Below the pieces are notes generated by a model. That model had not been told where the DNA came from. It ran no database searches and was given only the letters and a program-made list of their open reading frames with translations. This document shows, in pieces, positions 37,362-49,645 of a DNA stretch of 64,000 nucleotides (positions within the stretch are counted from its first letter, which is position 1; each line of letters begins with the position of its first letter). The DNA comes from Octopus vulgaris (lineage: Eukaryota): assembly GCA_951406725.2 (NCBI GenBank), contig OX597823.1, positions 85,498,001 to 85,562,000 of the forward strand, written 5' to 3'. Position numbers and translations under genes: made by a program.

Positions 37362-37843
37362 TCGATGCTATGTCTTTTCGTCCGACGTCACTTCCGGATA
37401 CATCTTTTCGTTCACGTCTTTCGGTCCGACGTCTTTTTGTCCGGGTTTTTTTTTTGCCCAACGACAAATCTTAATAAAATTCTCAATGATTATTTGATTT
37501 TGATGCTCACCTTGTTTTCTAAAGTGTTTATTTAAAATTGGACAAAAAGTCGTTGGACAAAATAATCATCGGGCAAAAGACGTCGGACCAACAGACGTCG
37601 GATCAACAGACGTCGGACCAACAGACGTCGGAGCAAAAGACGTCGGAGCAAAAGACGTCGGACCAACAGACCTCGGACCAACAGACGTCGGACCAAAAGA
37701 CGTCGGACCAAAAGACGTCGGAGCAAAAGACGCCGGACCAAAAGACGTCCAACCAAAAGACGTCGGACCAAAAGACGTCTTACTAAAAGACGTGGACGAG
37801 GTGATGTTGGACAAAGTGACATCGGACGAAAAGTCGGGTTGCG
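37362..37843. mobile_element. Foldback-like DNA element with arms built from 15-bp GACGTCGGACCAAAA repeats
   Basis: ~14 tandem units at 37575-37790; inverted degenerate units at 37372-37445; outer IR cttttcgtccgacgtcactt / aagtgacatcggacgaaaag; flanking direct repeat atcgtta at 37355-37361 and 37844-37850. Confidence 0.72.
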
Positions 37844-38212
37844 ATCGTTACCTTAAAGAGATACAACTGGTCATGTTAATTCTATAATGCTTTCTACTCT
37901 AAGCAAAGAATCTGAAATTTGCTGGATGAGTTATAATCGATTACTTCCACCCCAGTACTTTACTGGTATTTATTTAATCGATTCCGAAAGGATGAAAGGT
38001 AAACACCGGCCTCGGGGGAATTTGAACGTAAAATTGGAAGAAATTCCGTTAAGATTTGTTTTCTTTTTCATTCTTTTTTTTATACGTTGTGCTAATGCCA
38101 GGTCGACGTTACTAATTGCATAATTAGGAAATTTCTTTTACTGTACAGTAATGCATTTAATTTTCATGTGGATATCAAAACAACTTTAAAAGAATTATTA
38201 GTCATTATAATA

Positions 38213-38729
38213 TAGTAGCAGAAAGACCGCCCACAGGGCGGTTTTCTACTAGTCAGATCTGGAATGTGTGTGTGTTTATATCACAGAGACAGTGTATGCG
38301 TTGATATTAGAGATAGTGTGTGTGTGTGTGTGTGTGAGTGTGAAAGAGAGAGAGGGAGAGAGAGATAAAGCAGTGAGAACGATGAATGAAATAAACATGA
38401 AATGAAACAAAATCGTATAAATAAAGTTCCTTAAAAACTATCGGCAAATTTTGGATTGAACCCTCAGAAATACCAAAATGACCAACTGATTTTGTTCGTT
38501 AGCTTCCGTAAAATGTTTTTATTTATCTGCTTTTGTTTTAAAGTGAAAGAGAGGAGAAAGTGTGTGACTGACTACAATTACATAGAGCTGAACACGGTGC
38601 GCAAAAGTTAAATTTTAAAAAAATTACGGAATTCAATGAAGTCTGCAGGTTCAAGCGAAAGAATATCAAAATATCCTGTACAAAATATTCAAATTTGTGA
38701 ACTTCAAATATTTAATAATAAAAAGTAGT
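38213..38729 (-). mobile_element. Possible non-autonomous Helitron
   Basis: Hairpin ACCGCCC-tgt-GGGCGGT followed by ctttctgctacta (cf. ctgctagt) at the left end; actactttttattatta as a possible decayed 5' end; internal (TG)n(GA)n. Confidence 0.45.
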
Positions 38730-39090
38730 TCAGAAAGTAAGTTTTCCTGAAAACTTCAATTTATAAAAAATCTCACTTAGTAAATATTTCTTCCAGTAAT
38801 TTATCGTAGTTGTAATATATCTGTAATTGAAAGAAACTTCACGGTAACCATAGTACTTCAGTGTGCTAGAAATAGCAGCGATCACATAGTTATTATTGTA
38901 AGTTTTATAGCGTTTCAAACAGCCATACCAACAAAATCACTTCGTAATTTTTTTTTCTAAATTATACCGGTATACTACATCATGCAAGCCTCAAAATTAT
39001 ACAGCTATTTGTGTGATAGCATTCATCCAATAAATGAGTTTTTTTTTTATATAATATGTATATAGAACAAACTGTGGATTTTGCAAATAG

Positions 39091-39404
39091 AAAAAAACAT
39101 CGCCCTTTTCAAGCCTAGACAGGCTCATGGGTCAGGTTTCCCGGTTTCTGTGGTGTATGTGTTCCCCTCAGCTGGACAGAACGCCAGTCCATCGTAGCGT
39201 TACTCAAGAAACAGGAAGAGTGTGTGAGAAAAAGCTGTGGCGAAAGAGTACAACAGGGGTCGCCACCAACCCCTGCCGGAGTCTCGTAGAGCTTTTAGGT
39301 GTTTCCACTCAATAAACACACACAACGCCCGGTCTGGGAATCGAAATCGCGATCTTCCGACCGCGAGTCCGCTGCCCCTAACCACTGGGTCATTGCGCCT
39401 CCGC
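39091..39404 (-). mobile_element. SINE family B, tail type 1
   Basis: Collinear with 12975-13291; 13-bp TSD attttgcaaatag at 39078-39090 and 39405-39417. Confidence 0.92.
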
Positions 39405-40998
39405 ATTTTGCAAATAGCGAATTAAAACTTGAAAACATTGAAATGAACATGTGGCGGACTCTACAAGAGAGAAAGGGAAATAAACGAAAGTTACGTTCTC
39501 GCCTTTGCTATAGAATGTTCTGCGATATGTCGCAACTTCCGGTAGGATTGCCGACAGATGGCAATACCACCGGGCGCTATAAAATGCAATGTACCGCGCA
39601 ATTCTCCTTCTTTGCCTCGTTCTCTCAGGCACTTTCTCTCTTGTACTTGGCTTTTCACCTGTCTCCTTGACACTTAACTTTTGAGGTCACACACAACTAA
39701 AGGAAACCTTACATGCCGGCTTCCTCACTAAAAATACATGTTAAATTATCATTAATGAAAATAGAGGCGAGAGAGAGAGAAAATTTTGCAAATGCAAACG
39801 GAAAATTCGCCTGCAACAAGTTAATATTCCTTATTAAATTTATTGTGCAGTGAATGCAACGAATATTTAAATTAGAGAAAAACTGCTAGTTCAAATATTC
39901 AATAAACTTCAGAATTCGAAATTACAGGAAATTTCTTGGAACATGAATTCATAAAAAAAAATCCAAAGGGTCAAGACTTTAATAATTGCTTTCTTTTAGT
40001 AACAGTTGCATAACTAATGAATAAGCAGTTTTCCCCATTGTGCTACAGAAGGCGGCATGCTGGCAGATTCGTTTGTACGCCGGACAAATGACTATTGATA
40101 TTGTATCCTCCTTTACGTTCTAAATTCAAATTGTACTGTCATTGATTTTATGTTTCCTTCTTTGGGAGTCGCAAAATAAGTACCAAGTAGCGCCCTTCCA
40201 ACCCCATAAATTTTAGGCCTTGTGCCTATAGTAGAAAATATTATTCGTTATACTTTTCGGTTGTGACATTTCTTAAAACAACATTAATAGCAGGGTGATG
40301 TTGTTGATAAAGATGGTGATGATGCTCTAACCCATATCCTTGATCAAGAAATTGTATGGGTCAAAGGTATCCAAGCTATGACCATCTCGTCCCAAAGTGA
40401 TATATACTTTAGTCCTGTCTGTATAATTCAATGTCTCCTACTTTGAGATGTTAGAGTTTTGATTGAGGAATGCTCGACTGTTTGTTCTTCTTTAGCTTGT
40501 CTTACATACTCCTATATATATACAAAAAACGTTTTGAAATGTATGCACTTAAATATAAAGCCATATATTCTATCAAAGAGATTTTGAATGGAATCTCTGT
40601 GACGTCTTTCATGTGTATATTTTGTCTTCATAGAGACGTAATTGCGCCTGCTGCATTTACTTTTGTCTTGTATAAGACATATTAATAAAAAAGCGTGGGC
40701 CAACGTGATGCAGACAATGAACATATCCACTCTTCTCATAATATCTTCAATTTCATTATATTTCGTATGTTCCCCCGAATAAACAGCTTATATATATCTT
40801 AGGAATATTTTGTCACTTCTAGAAAATTGCTATAATTTGGCAAACACGAACAAAATTATTTGCACATCTTACGATATGTACAGCTGCTGCAGTTCTAGCT
40901 GATCTTATAGTGTTTGGTATTGAACACAGCCTTGATCCTGATCAAGCAGTAGAATGATTTCAAATATTCTAGGCGTGATTACTTGACTATTTAAGTGT

Positions 40999-41288
40999 TT
41001 GTTCCTTCTCAAGCCATGCCTGGCTCATAAGGGCCGGTTTCCCTGTTTCATTGGCGTATAGGTGCCCCAGCTGGACGGGATGCTGGTCCGTCGCAGGTGA
41101 GCTGGAAGATGAAGGACGAAAGATTGAAGGAAAATTGTGGTGAAATAGTCAGCAGAAGTTCACCATTACCATCTGCTGGAGGCATGTGGCGCACACGTGT
41201 TTCGCACATATTCGAGTCTAAGACTCGAACCCGCGATCCCTCGACCGCAAGTCCGCTGCTCTAACCAATAGGCCATGTGCCTCCACTG
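40999..41288 (-). mobile_element. Older SINE family B relative, tail type 1
   Basis: Diverged head and tail; TSD tttaagtgt at 40990-40998 and 41289-41297. Confidence 0.78.
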
Positions 41289-41651
41289 TTTAAGTGTATT
41301 TTAGGACTGAAATATCTCAGGTGTTGTTTTCAGTATAATTGAAGGGGGAGGGGGGTTCTCGTTGATATTTCTAGTAATGCGATCGACCACGTAGATGCCG
41401 TTGTTCACTATCCAGTTATATCTTACCAATAATATGTGGTTAATCTGAGTAATAGATTTGAGACAGTAACCTAGCACAATCTTAAGCGGCATTTCGTCTT
41501 TATGTGTTCAAATTCCGCCGGAATCTATTTTATCTTTCATCTTTTCGGGGTCGATAAAATAAGTAGCAGCCAAGCTCTAGGGTGGATGTAAACGACTTAC
41601 CCGCTCCCAGATATGCTGGCCTTGTGCCAAAATTTGAAATCAGTTTACGTA

Positions 41652-41689
<38 letters not shown>

Positions 41690-42141
41690 CCTAAATGTTG
41701 GTCTCGTTTGGTAGAGTGAAACATCTATAGAAATATATTCAAATAGGATTGACGAAATCTTTAGTTCATTTTGCTCATAATACACAGGAGTGGCATTGTA
41801 ACAGAAGGGCAACGCAAACACAAGCACACTCATATACACCCATTACATTTCTATACGTCTGTATTGTATGCATACACTCTATATATGTGTGTGTGTGTGT
41901 GAAGAGAGAAAGAGATAGACAGATAGATTGATGGTTGTGGATGTATGTGCTGTGTATATATTGTTTATGCCAGTGTTTGCGTGCATAAAATAACAGACGT
42001 GCATCGCGTTTGCAGGAGAACTTCTAATAGAAAATGCTTGGCTATATTGAAGAACGAAAATCACGTACACCTGCTGGCCTCTGGCAACTAAGAAGAGAAA
42101 GTTGACAACATCACTAGCTACACGTAGTGAAAATACCAATT

Positions 42142-42529
42142 GTGGAAGCACTCCATCGGTTACGACGATGAGGGTTCCGGTTGATCCGAATCAACGGAAC
42201 AGCCTGCTCGTGAAATTAACGTGTAAGTGGCTGAGCACTCCACAGACACGTGCACCCTTAACGTAGTTCTCGGGGAGATTCAGCGTGACACAGAGAGTGA
42301 CAAGGCCGGCCCCTTGAAATACAGGTACAACAGAAACAGGAAGTAAGAGTGAGAGAAAGTGTGGTGAAAGAGTACAGCAGGGATCACTACCATCCCCTGA
42401 CGGAGCCTCGTGGAGCTTTAGGTGTTTTCGCTCAATAAACACTAACAACGCCCGGTCTGGGAATCGAAACCGCGATCCTATGACCGCGAGTCCGCTGCTC
42501 TAACCACTGGATCATTGCGCCTCCACTAA
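42142..42529 (-). mobile_element. SINE family B, tail type 2, full length
   Basis: Reverse-complement match to 56411-56793; 12-bp TSD aaaataccaatt at 42130-42141 and 42530-42541. Confidence 0.93.
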
Positions 42530-42540
42530 AAAATACCAAT

Positions 42541-42574
<34 letters not shown>

Positions 42575-43478
42575 TTGGTTAGTCGATATTACTCTCTAGG
42601 GAGGCATAAGGCCTGTTACCGCCTTTCTCTGGTACATATATATTTCTCGCTGGACGGGACGCCGGTCTGTCTCAGTATTACAGTTTTACCCGCTGGGTGG
42701 ACTAAAGCAATATGAAACGAACTGATTTTCTCAAGAACACAACGCAGCCCGGTCCAGGAATTGAAACCACAATCTCACAATCATGAGTCCAGCATTATAA
42801 CTACTAAGTCATCAGCCGTCACTGACACATTGCCATACTCAAATTAGTTCGACATTTATGAATAGACATGGAGAACAAAACAATACTCTGTCTTATCTGG
42901 ACATGGAAACCACTTTGTGTTTTCCATTCGCCAAACTCCATGCATTGTTCTTCAGAGGCTTAGCCATAGGAGAAGAGACAACACCCGTCAGCGTTTTACC
43001 GGCCTCTAAAACTGGCTTAGAGCAAGGGCATGTCTCGTTCCATATTGACGGTCTGTTTCCTGTTCTACGTACACCACACACCACACAAATAGCAAGACCT
43101 TTAATTAATAATTTGGCTATAAAGTAGTTTATAATTATAAGCTAATGAAAGGTTGTGAAGTTAATGCATTTCTCAAGGGCATCATGTAAAAGCACAGCAT
43201 AGGTCGCTGTTATATGGAATAACATGAAATAGCCACTTATGAAAATGCTTTGTCACTAATATAATAGGACGTATTTTCCGTAAGAGATATTATATTAAAA
43301 CAGACGAAAATAATGTAATTTGTTCCAAATGTGTGATGTTGTGTTTGAGAGAGAAATACTGGAACGAAGAGGGATTACACATTCTTTTATTTGTGAAAAG
43401 AATGTCAATACGCGTGTGTATGGCGTGTGTGTATGTTTGTGCATGTATGTTTATATGAGTATGTGTGTGTTGTTGGTG

Positions 43479-43515
<37 letters not shown>

Positions 43516-44345
43516 TGCTTATATATATATATATATATGCAGTACATCCGTACACATATATCTATCTCTTTCACTCTTCACACACATATATATAGACTGT
43601 ACGCATGCAGTACACATGCATACAAATGTAATGGGTGTATATGTGTCTGACTGTGTTTGCGTGCATAGAATAACAGGCATGCAAATATTTTGCAGGAGAA
43701 CCTGTGTTAGAAAATGCTTGGCTATATTCAAGAACGAAAATCACTAACTCCTGCTGCCCTCTGGCAACTAAGAGAAAGTCGACAACATCACTAGTTACAC
43801 GTATTGAAAATACCAAGTCGCTTGGAAAAATATTGAATCCGTGGCACTTATAGAGTGTATTTAAGTCTTAACAGACATCAATTGTGACGAGGTAACAGCT
43901 ATAGAAATAACAACAAAGCGGCTCTGAATACAGCAGACGAAATGGACAGAAAAATAATTGGGAAATAATAGCGGTTGATATGAATAGAAAACTATCGAAT
44001 AAAATGCAACAAAAGCTTTTTATTTTCTTCTGTGTTTTTAGTTTGTGTTTTTCTTCTATGACAGAAAATTGATTCTCTGAATGAGGAAAAAAAAAATATG
44101 TGTGTCTGCAAGGAATTAGAAGGTTCACCAAAAGCTTGCTTAAATTTATTTATTTTATTTATTTTATTTATTTCTCTCGTTTTTTGTTTGACTTTATTGG
44201 AGCCATTTGTTTATATTTTGTATTCAATAATTTTGTTACTTTGACACATATATATATACATGCAAATATATATATATATACATGTATATATTTATATTAT
44301 ATATATATATATGCATATACATGTCTACATGCATACATACATATT

Positions 44346-44376
<31 letters not shown>

Positions 44377-45606
44377 TATATATATAGATAGATAGATAGA
44401 TATATAAATAGACAGAAATGGAGACAGAGACAGACAGACAGACAGAGGCATATGTATACATGCACACCTATGAAGATATAAATATCTGTGCATATATTTA
44501 TACGTGTATAAATATGTGTGTATGCATATATATGTAAGTATGTATTTATATGTATAAATATGTATGTATATATATGTATGTATGCATGTATGCACACAAG
44601 AAACATAGAGAGAGAGAGAGAGAGAACGAGAGAGAGAGAAATAGATTGAGAAAGATATTTAGACGCTTTTAGCTAGCCATGCGAAAATTAACACCCTACC
44701 CAAAAGGAGGGGTAAACCAGAACGAAAGCAACAAATTTAGAAACTATTCATGAAGTAGCTTTTACTTTCACGTTTCCATTTACGTTAGTTTCTTTCTTCA
44801 AATACATAGAATCTACAATATATTTGTCAACAATGACATATATATTCCTTGTAAGAGCATGATTGCAATATCTCCATTATTAAACACTCTTCAATGTTAA
44901 GCTAAATCGACAACAAAGCAATTACTAACAGGAAAAAATCTAGGCTACTCTGTATTCAAGGTTTTTGTTGAAAGAAAAAAAAAATGGAAGAAAAGTTAGA
45001 AGAAAAAATAGGAATGAAAAAAAAAAGTAGCGAAACATTTTTGAAAGAGAATCGAAAGCAAAATAAGAAACAGTAAAAGAGGAAGAATATTGGTATAGGA
45101 ATAACTCCAGTATGTTTTAGACAATTGTTATCGACATCTTTAAATGCTCGCCAAACGTTGAAGCACGCCATAAGAGAAGAAAAAAATAGCTTTTATTGTT
45201 TTCCTTTGATTATGAACAATATGCTATATTTCTTAGCAGAGTAAAACACGAAAAATCGTAGCTTTTGTGCGTTTGCCAAGAGTTATTACTGTCGTAAGTA
45301 AAGCTGGAACGTAAGTATGTAGTAAATCCCAAGTTGCCTTAAAAGCGACGGTGCTTAGCTCGCATGCATTGCCATTAAGCTGGTAAAGGATATGCGAAAT
45401 ACTGGCTAGGATATCTGTTCATCTAGAGGAACATTCTTACGAGATCCATTGCATCTATTTGCGAAAGATGTGAGAACGGTATTGCATATAATCCGAATGA
45501 TACTCGGATAAAAGACTATAATATTTGAATATAGCAGACTTGAAAACTATGCAGAATCTTGTCGTATACATACATACACACACATATATACATACTTGCA
45601 TGCATG

Positions 45607-45885
45607 CATGGAGGACGTAGGCAGGGTAATATTACACAAACCTTAGGATTTCTCTGCCCGCAGTCAGCAGAGTGATTGTACAATTCATCAGCAAAGGACA
45701 GGAATCACCAGCATTTCATTCAGATCAACTTGGGATCGGTCACATCTGTCTTTGGACTATCAAGCGGATTCTTCAACAAAACTAAATAAATCCCGATGAA
45801 AGGCAATTGATGCTCCCGAGCAACTCCTAATCAGTTGGAGTGTTCCTGTGTGGTACTTCCATGCTTTTGGCTTCTATATAGGCCC
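45607..45885 (+). pseudogene. Tc1-like transposase N-terminal HTH relic
   Basis: HGGRRQGNITQTL(G)/ISLPAVSRVIVQFISKG....HSDQL..TIKRILQQN; codons cat tca gat caa ctt are each at most one transition from cgt tca ggt cga cct (RSGRP). Confidence 0.55.
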
Positions 45886-45909
45886 GTATGTATATAGGTA
45901 CTACGTACT

Positions 45910-46395
45910 TACGTGCGTATGTATGTGTGTGTGTATATGTGTATATGTATGTGTATATGTGTGTATGCATGTATATCTGTGTATGCATGTGTATGTATTA
46001 TGTATGTATATATGAATGTATATGAGTACATGAGTGTATGTATACGTATATATGTGTGTATGTATGTATATATATGTGTGTGCATGCATGCGTATGGATG
46101 AATTATGTATGTATGTGTGTATATATATATGTGTGTATGTATGTGTATATGTGTGTATGCATGTATATCTGTGTATGCATGCATTATGTATGTATATATG
46201 TGTATGTATGTATATGTGTGTATGCATGCATATCTGTGTATGCATGTGTATGTACGTATGTATGTATATGTATGTATATGTACATTTGTGTGTATGTGTA
46301 TATGTATATGTGTGTATGCATGTATATCTGTGAATGCATGTGTATTTATGTATTATGTATGTGCCTGTGTATATGTGCCCATGTATATGTGTTTA
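45910..46395. repeat. Degenerate (TATG/TG)n low-complexity tract
   Basis: Directly visible. Confidence 0.93.
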
Positions 46396-46669
46396 TTTTA
46401 CAGGAAAAGTTAAGTTTGATTTCGTAGTTTCTTTTTGCTCGCCATCGACAAACAGAGAGGCTGATTAAAGAGAAAGAACTGGAAACTTCGGAGTCACTGT
46501 CAAAAATTCCCTCATAAAATTTTAATAAACGTATTCTACCAAAAAATATTGAGAATTTCCTTCAGTTTAATGTCAGATTGTTCTTGTATATAACTTGACA
46601 GGAAAAGAGACATACATATGTATGTGGGTGTGCGTGTGTGGGTGCGTATGTAATTGTGTGTGCGTGTGT

Positions 46670-46720
<51 letters not shown>

Positions 46721-47745
46721 GTAATAAATATCACATGCATGGCTGAAGTTTCATTTTTGAAATGTACAATATTCACCTGCATTTGCGCAATGTACGATCT
46801 GGCAATCACTCAGAATTTTGTAAAGTGGCTACGAAGTGAGAATATACAAAAATGAAGCGAAGACAGGAAAAAGCAACGTTGTAAGTGTATGGTGGATATT
46901 TCGTCTAGAATTCTAAATTATGTCCCTTTATTCGTGACGTGAGAATAAAGTTTGCAAGGAAATATTATGCAAAGACAAGATAAATTTAATGCTGACTGTA
47001 AATAGCATAGACTGGTGTAAAGATTTTTTTTTGTTTATTTTTGTCTATGGGAACTATGTGTCCATGACAAGCTTGTAAGGCTGAAACTTTGTATTGACCA
47101 GGTATCAAGAGAATGTCAAAATCCATGGCTAGTAGGGGTATTCGATTATAAGAAAAATTGTCTAACATAATGTGGAGACATCCTCCAATTAAACAACAGA
47201 CACTGTTCTAGATGCATACATCACGTAACTATCTCTAAACTCGATTTTCGTTTTCGAATTAATGAGGACGTGCGCTCTTTCAGTTACGAAGTACCGTTAG
47301 TTTTTTTTGTTCCGTTTATGAATGAACTTGGTCATTCCAAAATATTTTGCCTCATAGTGTGTTAGCGCCGATCTTCATTTTCGAGAAATGGCTTGTGTAT
47401 CTCTTCTTTTTTCTTCCGGGCACATAATCGAAAAGAACAATTTCGCAAGACATATTTGCAGAAATACAAACTTAATACGGGTTTGAAATATTGGCATAAG
47501 GTCACGAATAAGAAGGAGGAAGAGAGTGAGTCAATTAAGTCGGCCCCAGGGCTCAGTTGGTACTTCTTATATCGAACCCAAATGGATGATAGGAAAAGAC
47601 GACCTCGGTGGATTTTTAAACTCAGAACGCAAGAGTAGTTCTTCTGTTGATCTCTCCATCATGGAACAGTTTACTACATACACACCCTCGCGCGGGCGTT
47701 GGAAAAATACGAAAATATAAGTAATCTTTTCTGCGATGCGCATAT

Positions 47746-47905
47746 AGGCGGAGTGGCTGTGTGGTAAGTAGCTTGCTTATGAGCCACATGGTTCCGGGTT
47801 CAGTCCCACGGCGTGGCACCTTGGACAAGTGTCTTCTACTATAGCCTCAGGCCAACTAAAGCCTTGTTAGTGGATTTGGTAGACGGAAACTGAAAGAAGC
47901 CCGTC

Positions 47906-47948
<43 letters not shown>

Positions 47949-48145
47949 TGTATGTGTGCATATATGTTTGTGTGTCTGCCCCCAACAACGTTTGTCCCCG
48001 CAACATCGGCTGACAACCGATGCTGGTTTGTTTACATCTCCGTAACCTAGCGGTTCGGCAAAAGAGACCGATAAAATAAGTATTAGGCTTATAAATAATA
48101 AATTCTGGGGTCGATTTGCTCGACTAAAGGCGGTGCTCTAGCATG
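47746..48145 (+). mobile_element. SINE family A, 3' end replaced by a duplicated sequence
   Basis: Family A up to ggtgctctagcatg, then 75 bp also found at 50298-50372. Confidence 0.9.
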
Positions 48146-48221
48146 AAATTCATGAAAGATTTCTTCTTTTGATCACACGTTATTTGGAAAATGCTTTGAG
48201 CAACGAATAGTAATTTAAATG

Positions 48222-48402
48222 TGGGGAGCAGACCAGTGGATTACATTGACCTCAGTACGTACTTGCTACTGAATTTATCGACCCCCACAAGGAAGAAATG
48301 CAAAGTCGACCTCGCCGGAATGTCAACTCTGAACGTAAGGACGGAGTAAATGTCGCTAAGTATTTTGCCCGGCGCGGTAACGATTCTGTCAGCTCACCGC
48401 AC
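48222..48402 (-). mobile_element. SINE family C monomer
   Basis: Matches the family C pattern. Confidence 0.75.
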
Positions 48403-49105
48403 TTAGTCATAATGAATGACTGTGTACGGTATACCATTGCAGTTATTTGGAGCTCAGATTTGTTTTTTTCCGACAGTATTTCGATGCTTAACCACTGTAG
48501 ATCATTAGAAGGTATTAGACCTATGTAATAGAATGCGCTAAAGTTGTTTCCCTGGTGATCCATTGCGGTTAGTTATCCGAATATTCTTGGAACATCCAAT
48601 CTCGAGTTCCAGGTAATTGGAATAGTGAAACATACGTTGCGCATAATTATTTATAATTGTGTTTATCTTAATTTTCCCCTACATGTAGTCTGTCAATTAC
48701 AACTAGTAACACTACCTGGGACAATGGTCGACAAACAACTATACTGAAATCTGACAGACTCCAACACGGAGCTGTGGTCGTACATTTAACTCTGCACAAA
48801 AATACACACACAAACATACATTCACACAAACACACATACACACACACATACATGGGATTGTGTTTGCCAGTAACGTCTATTTGTCTCAGTAAAATCATTC
48901 GACGGTCCATGCTTACAATATAGGTGACTCACAAATATTCATTTCCATTTAATGTTTGATTGAATTTACCGTTCGTCCTGTGAATGAATGGGTGAATAAA
49001 ATGAAGAGACAAAATTTTATCAGTGGTGAATTAGTGATCAATGTTTCATTATACAATAGATTCCTTGATATGAAACAAAACTAAACATGAAATGATATAT
49101 TACGC

Positions 49106-49645
49106 TTATAGAAATATACTCTATATTTAAACATGAATTACTATTTATATCGCTTAGAGCGGTGAGCAGGCAGACTTGTTAGCACGCTAGACAAAACGCT
49201 GAGCGACATTTTGTTCGTCTTTATCATTAAATCTTGCCGAGGTCGGCTTTGCTTTTTGTCATTTCGGGATCTATAAAAAAAGTACCAGTTGATCAGTGGT
49301 GTTATAGTAATCGACCTCACCCTTCTCTCGAAACTGTTGGCCTTGTACCAAAATTTGAAACCCTTATATTAAGTTTATAGAAATATACTTTATATTTAAA
49401 TATGAAGAAATATTTATGTCGCTTAAGGTAATGAGCAGGGAAAATCGTTGGTACGTCGGACATGTTGCTTACCAGCATTTCGTCTGTCTTTATGTTCTCA
49501 GTTCAAATTCTACTGCGGTTGACTTTGCCTTTCATTCTTTCGGGGTCGATAAAATAAGTACCGGGCGAACACTGGGGTTCGGATGTAATTGGCTTGCCTC
49601 TTTGATCGAAATTGCTGGCCCTGTGACAAAATTTTAAGCCAGTAT
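49106..49645 (+). mobile_element. Two family C SINE monomers each preceded by the same ~50-bp flank (period ~269)
   Basis: ttatagaaatatact.tatatttaaa.atgaa...tatttat.tcgctta at 49106 and 49375, each followed by a SINE head. Confidence 0.75.

Noticed and set aside
37575-37790. CRISPR array or pentapeptide-repeat protein (QKTSD)n
   Set aside because: Repeats are contiguous with no unique spacers, the context is eukaryotic with no cas genes, and ORFs are open on both strands only because the unit is 15 bp.
42858-43127. 89-aa ORF with EQNNTLSYLDM, reminiscent of the PLE RT motif E.NN.LPFLD
   Set aside because: The expected downstream YRKPT-like motif is absent and the rest matches nothing recognisable.
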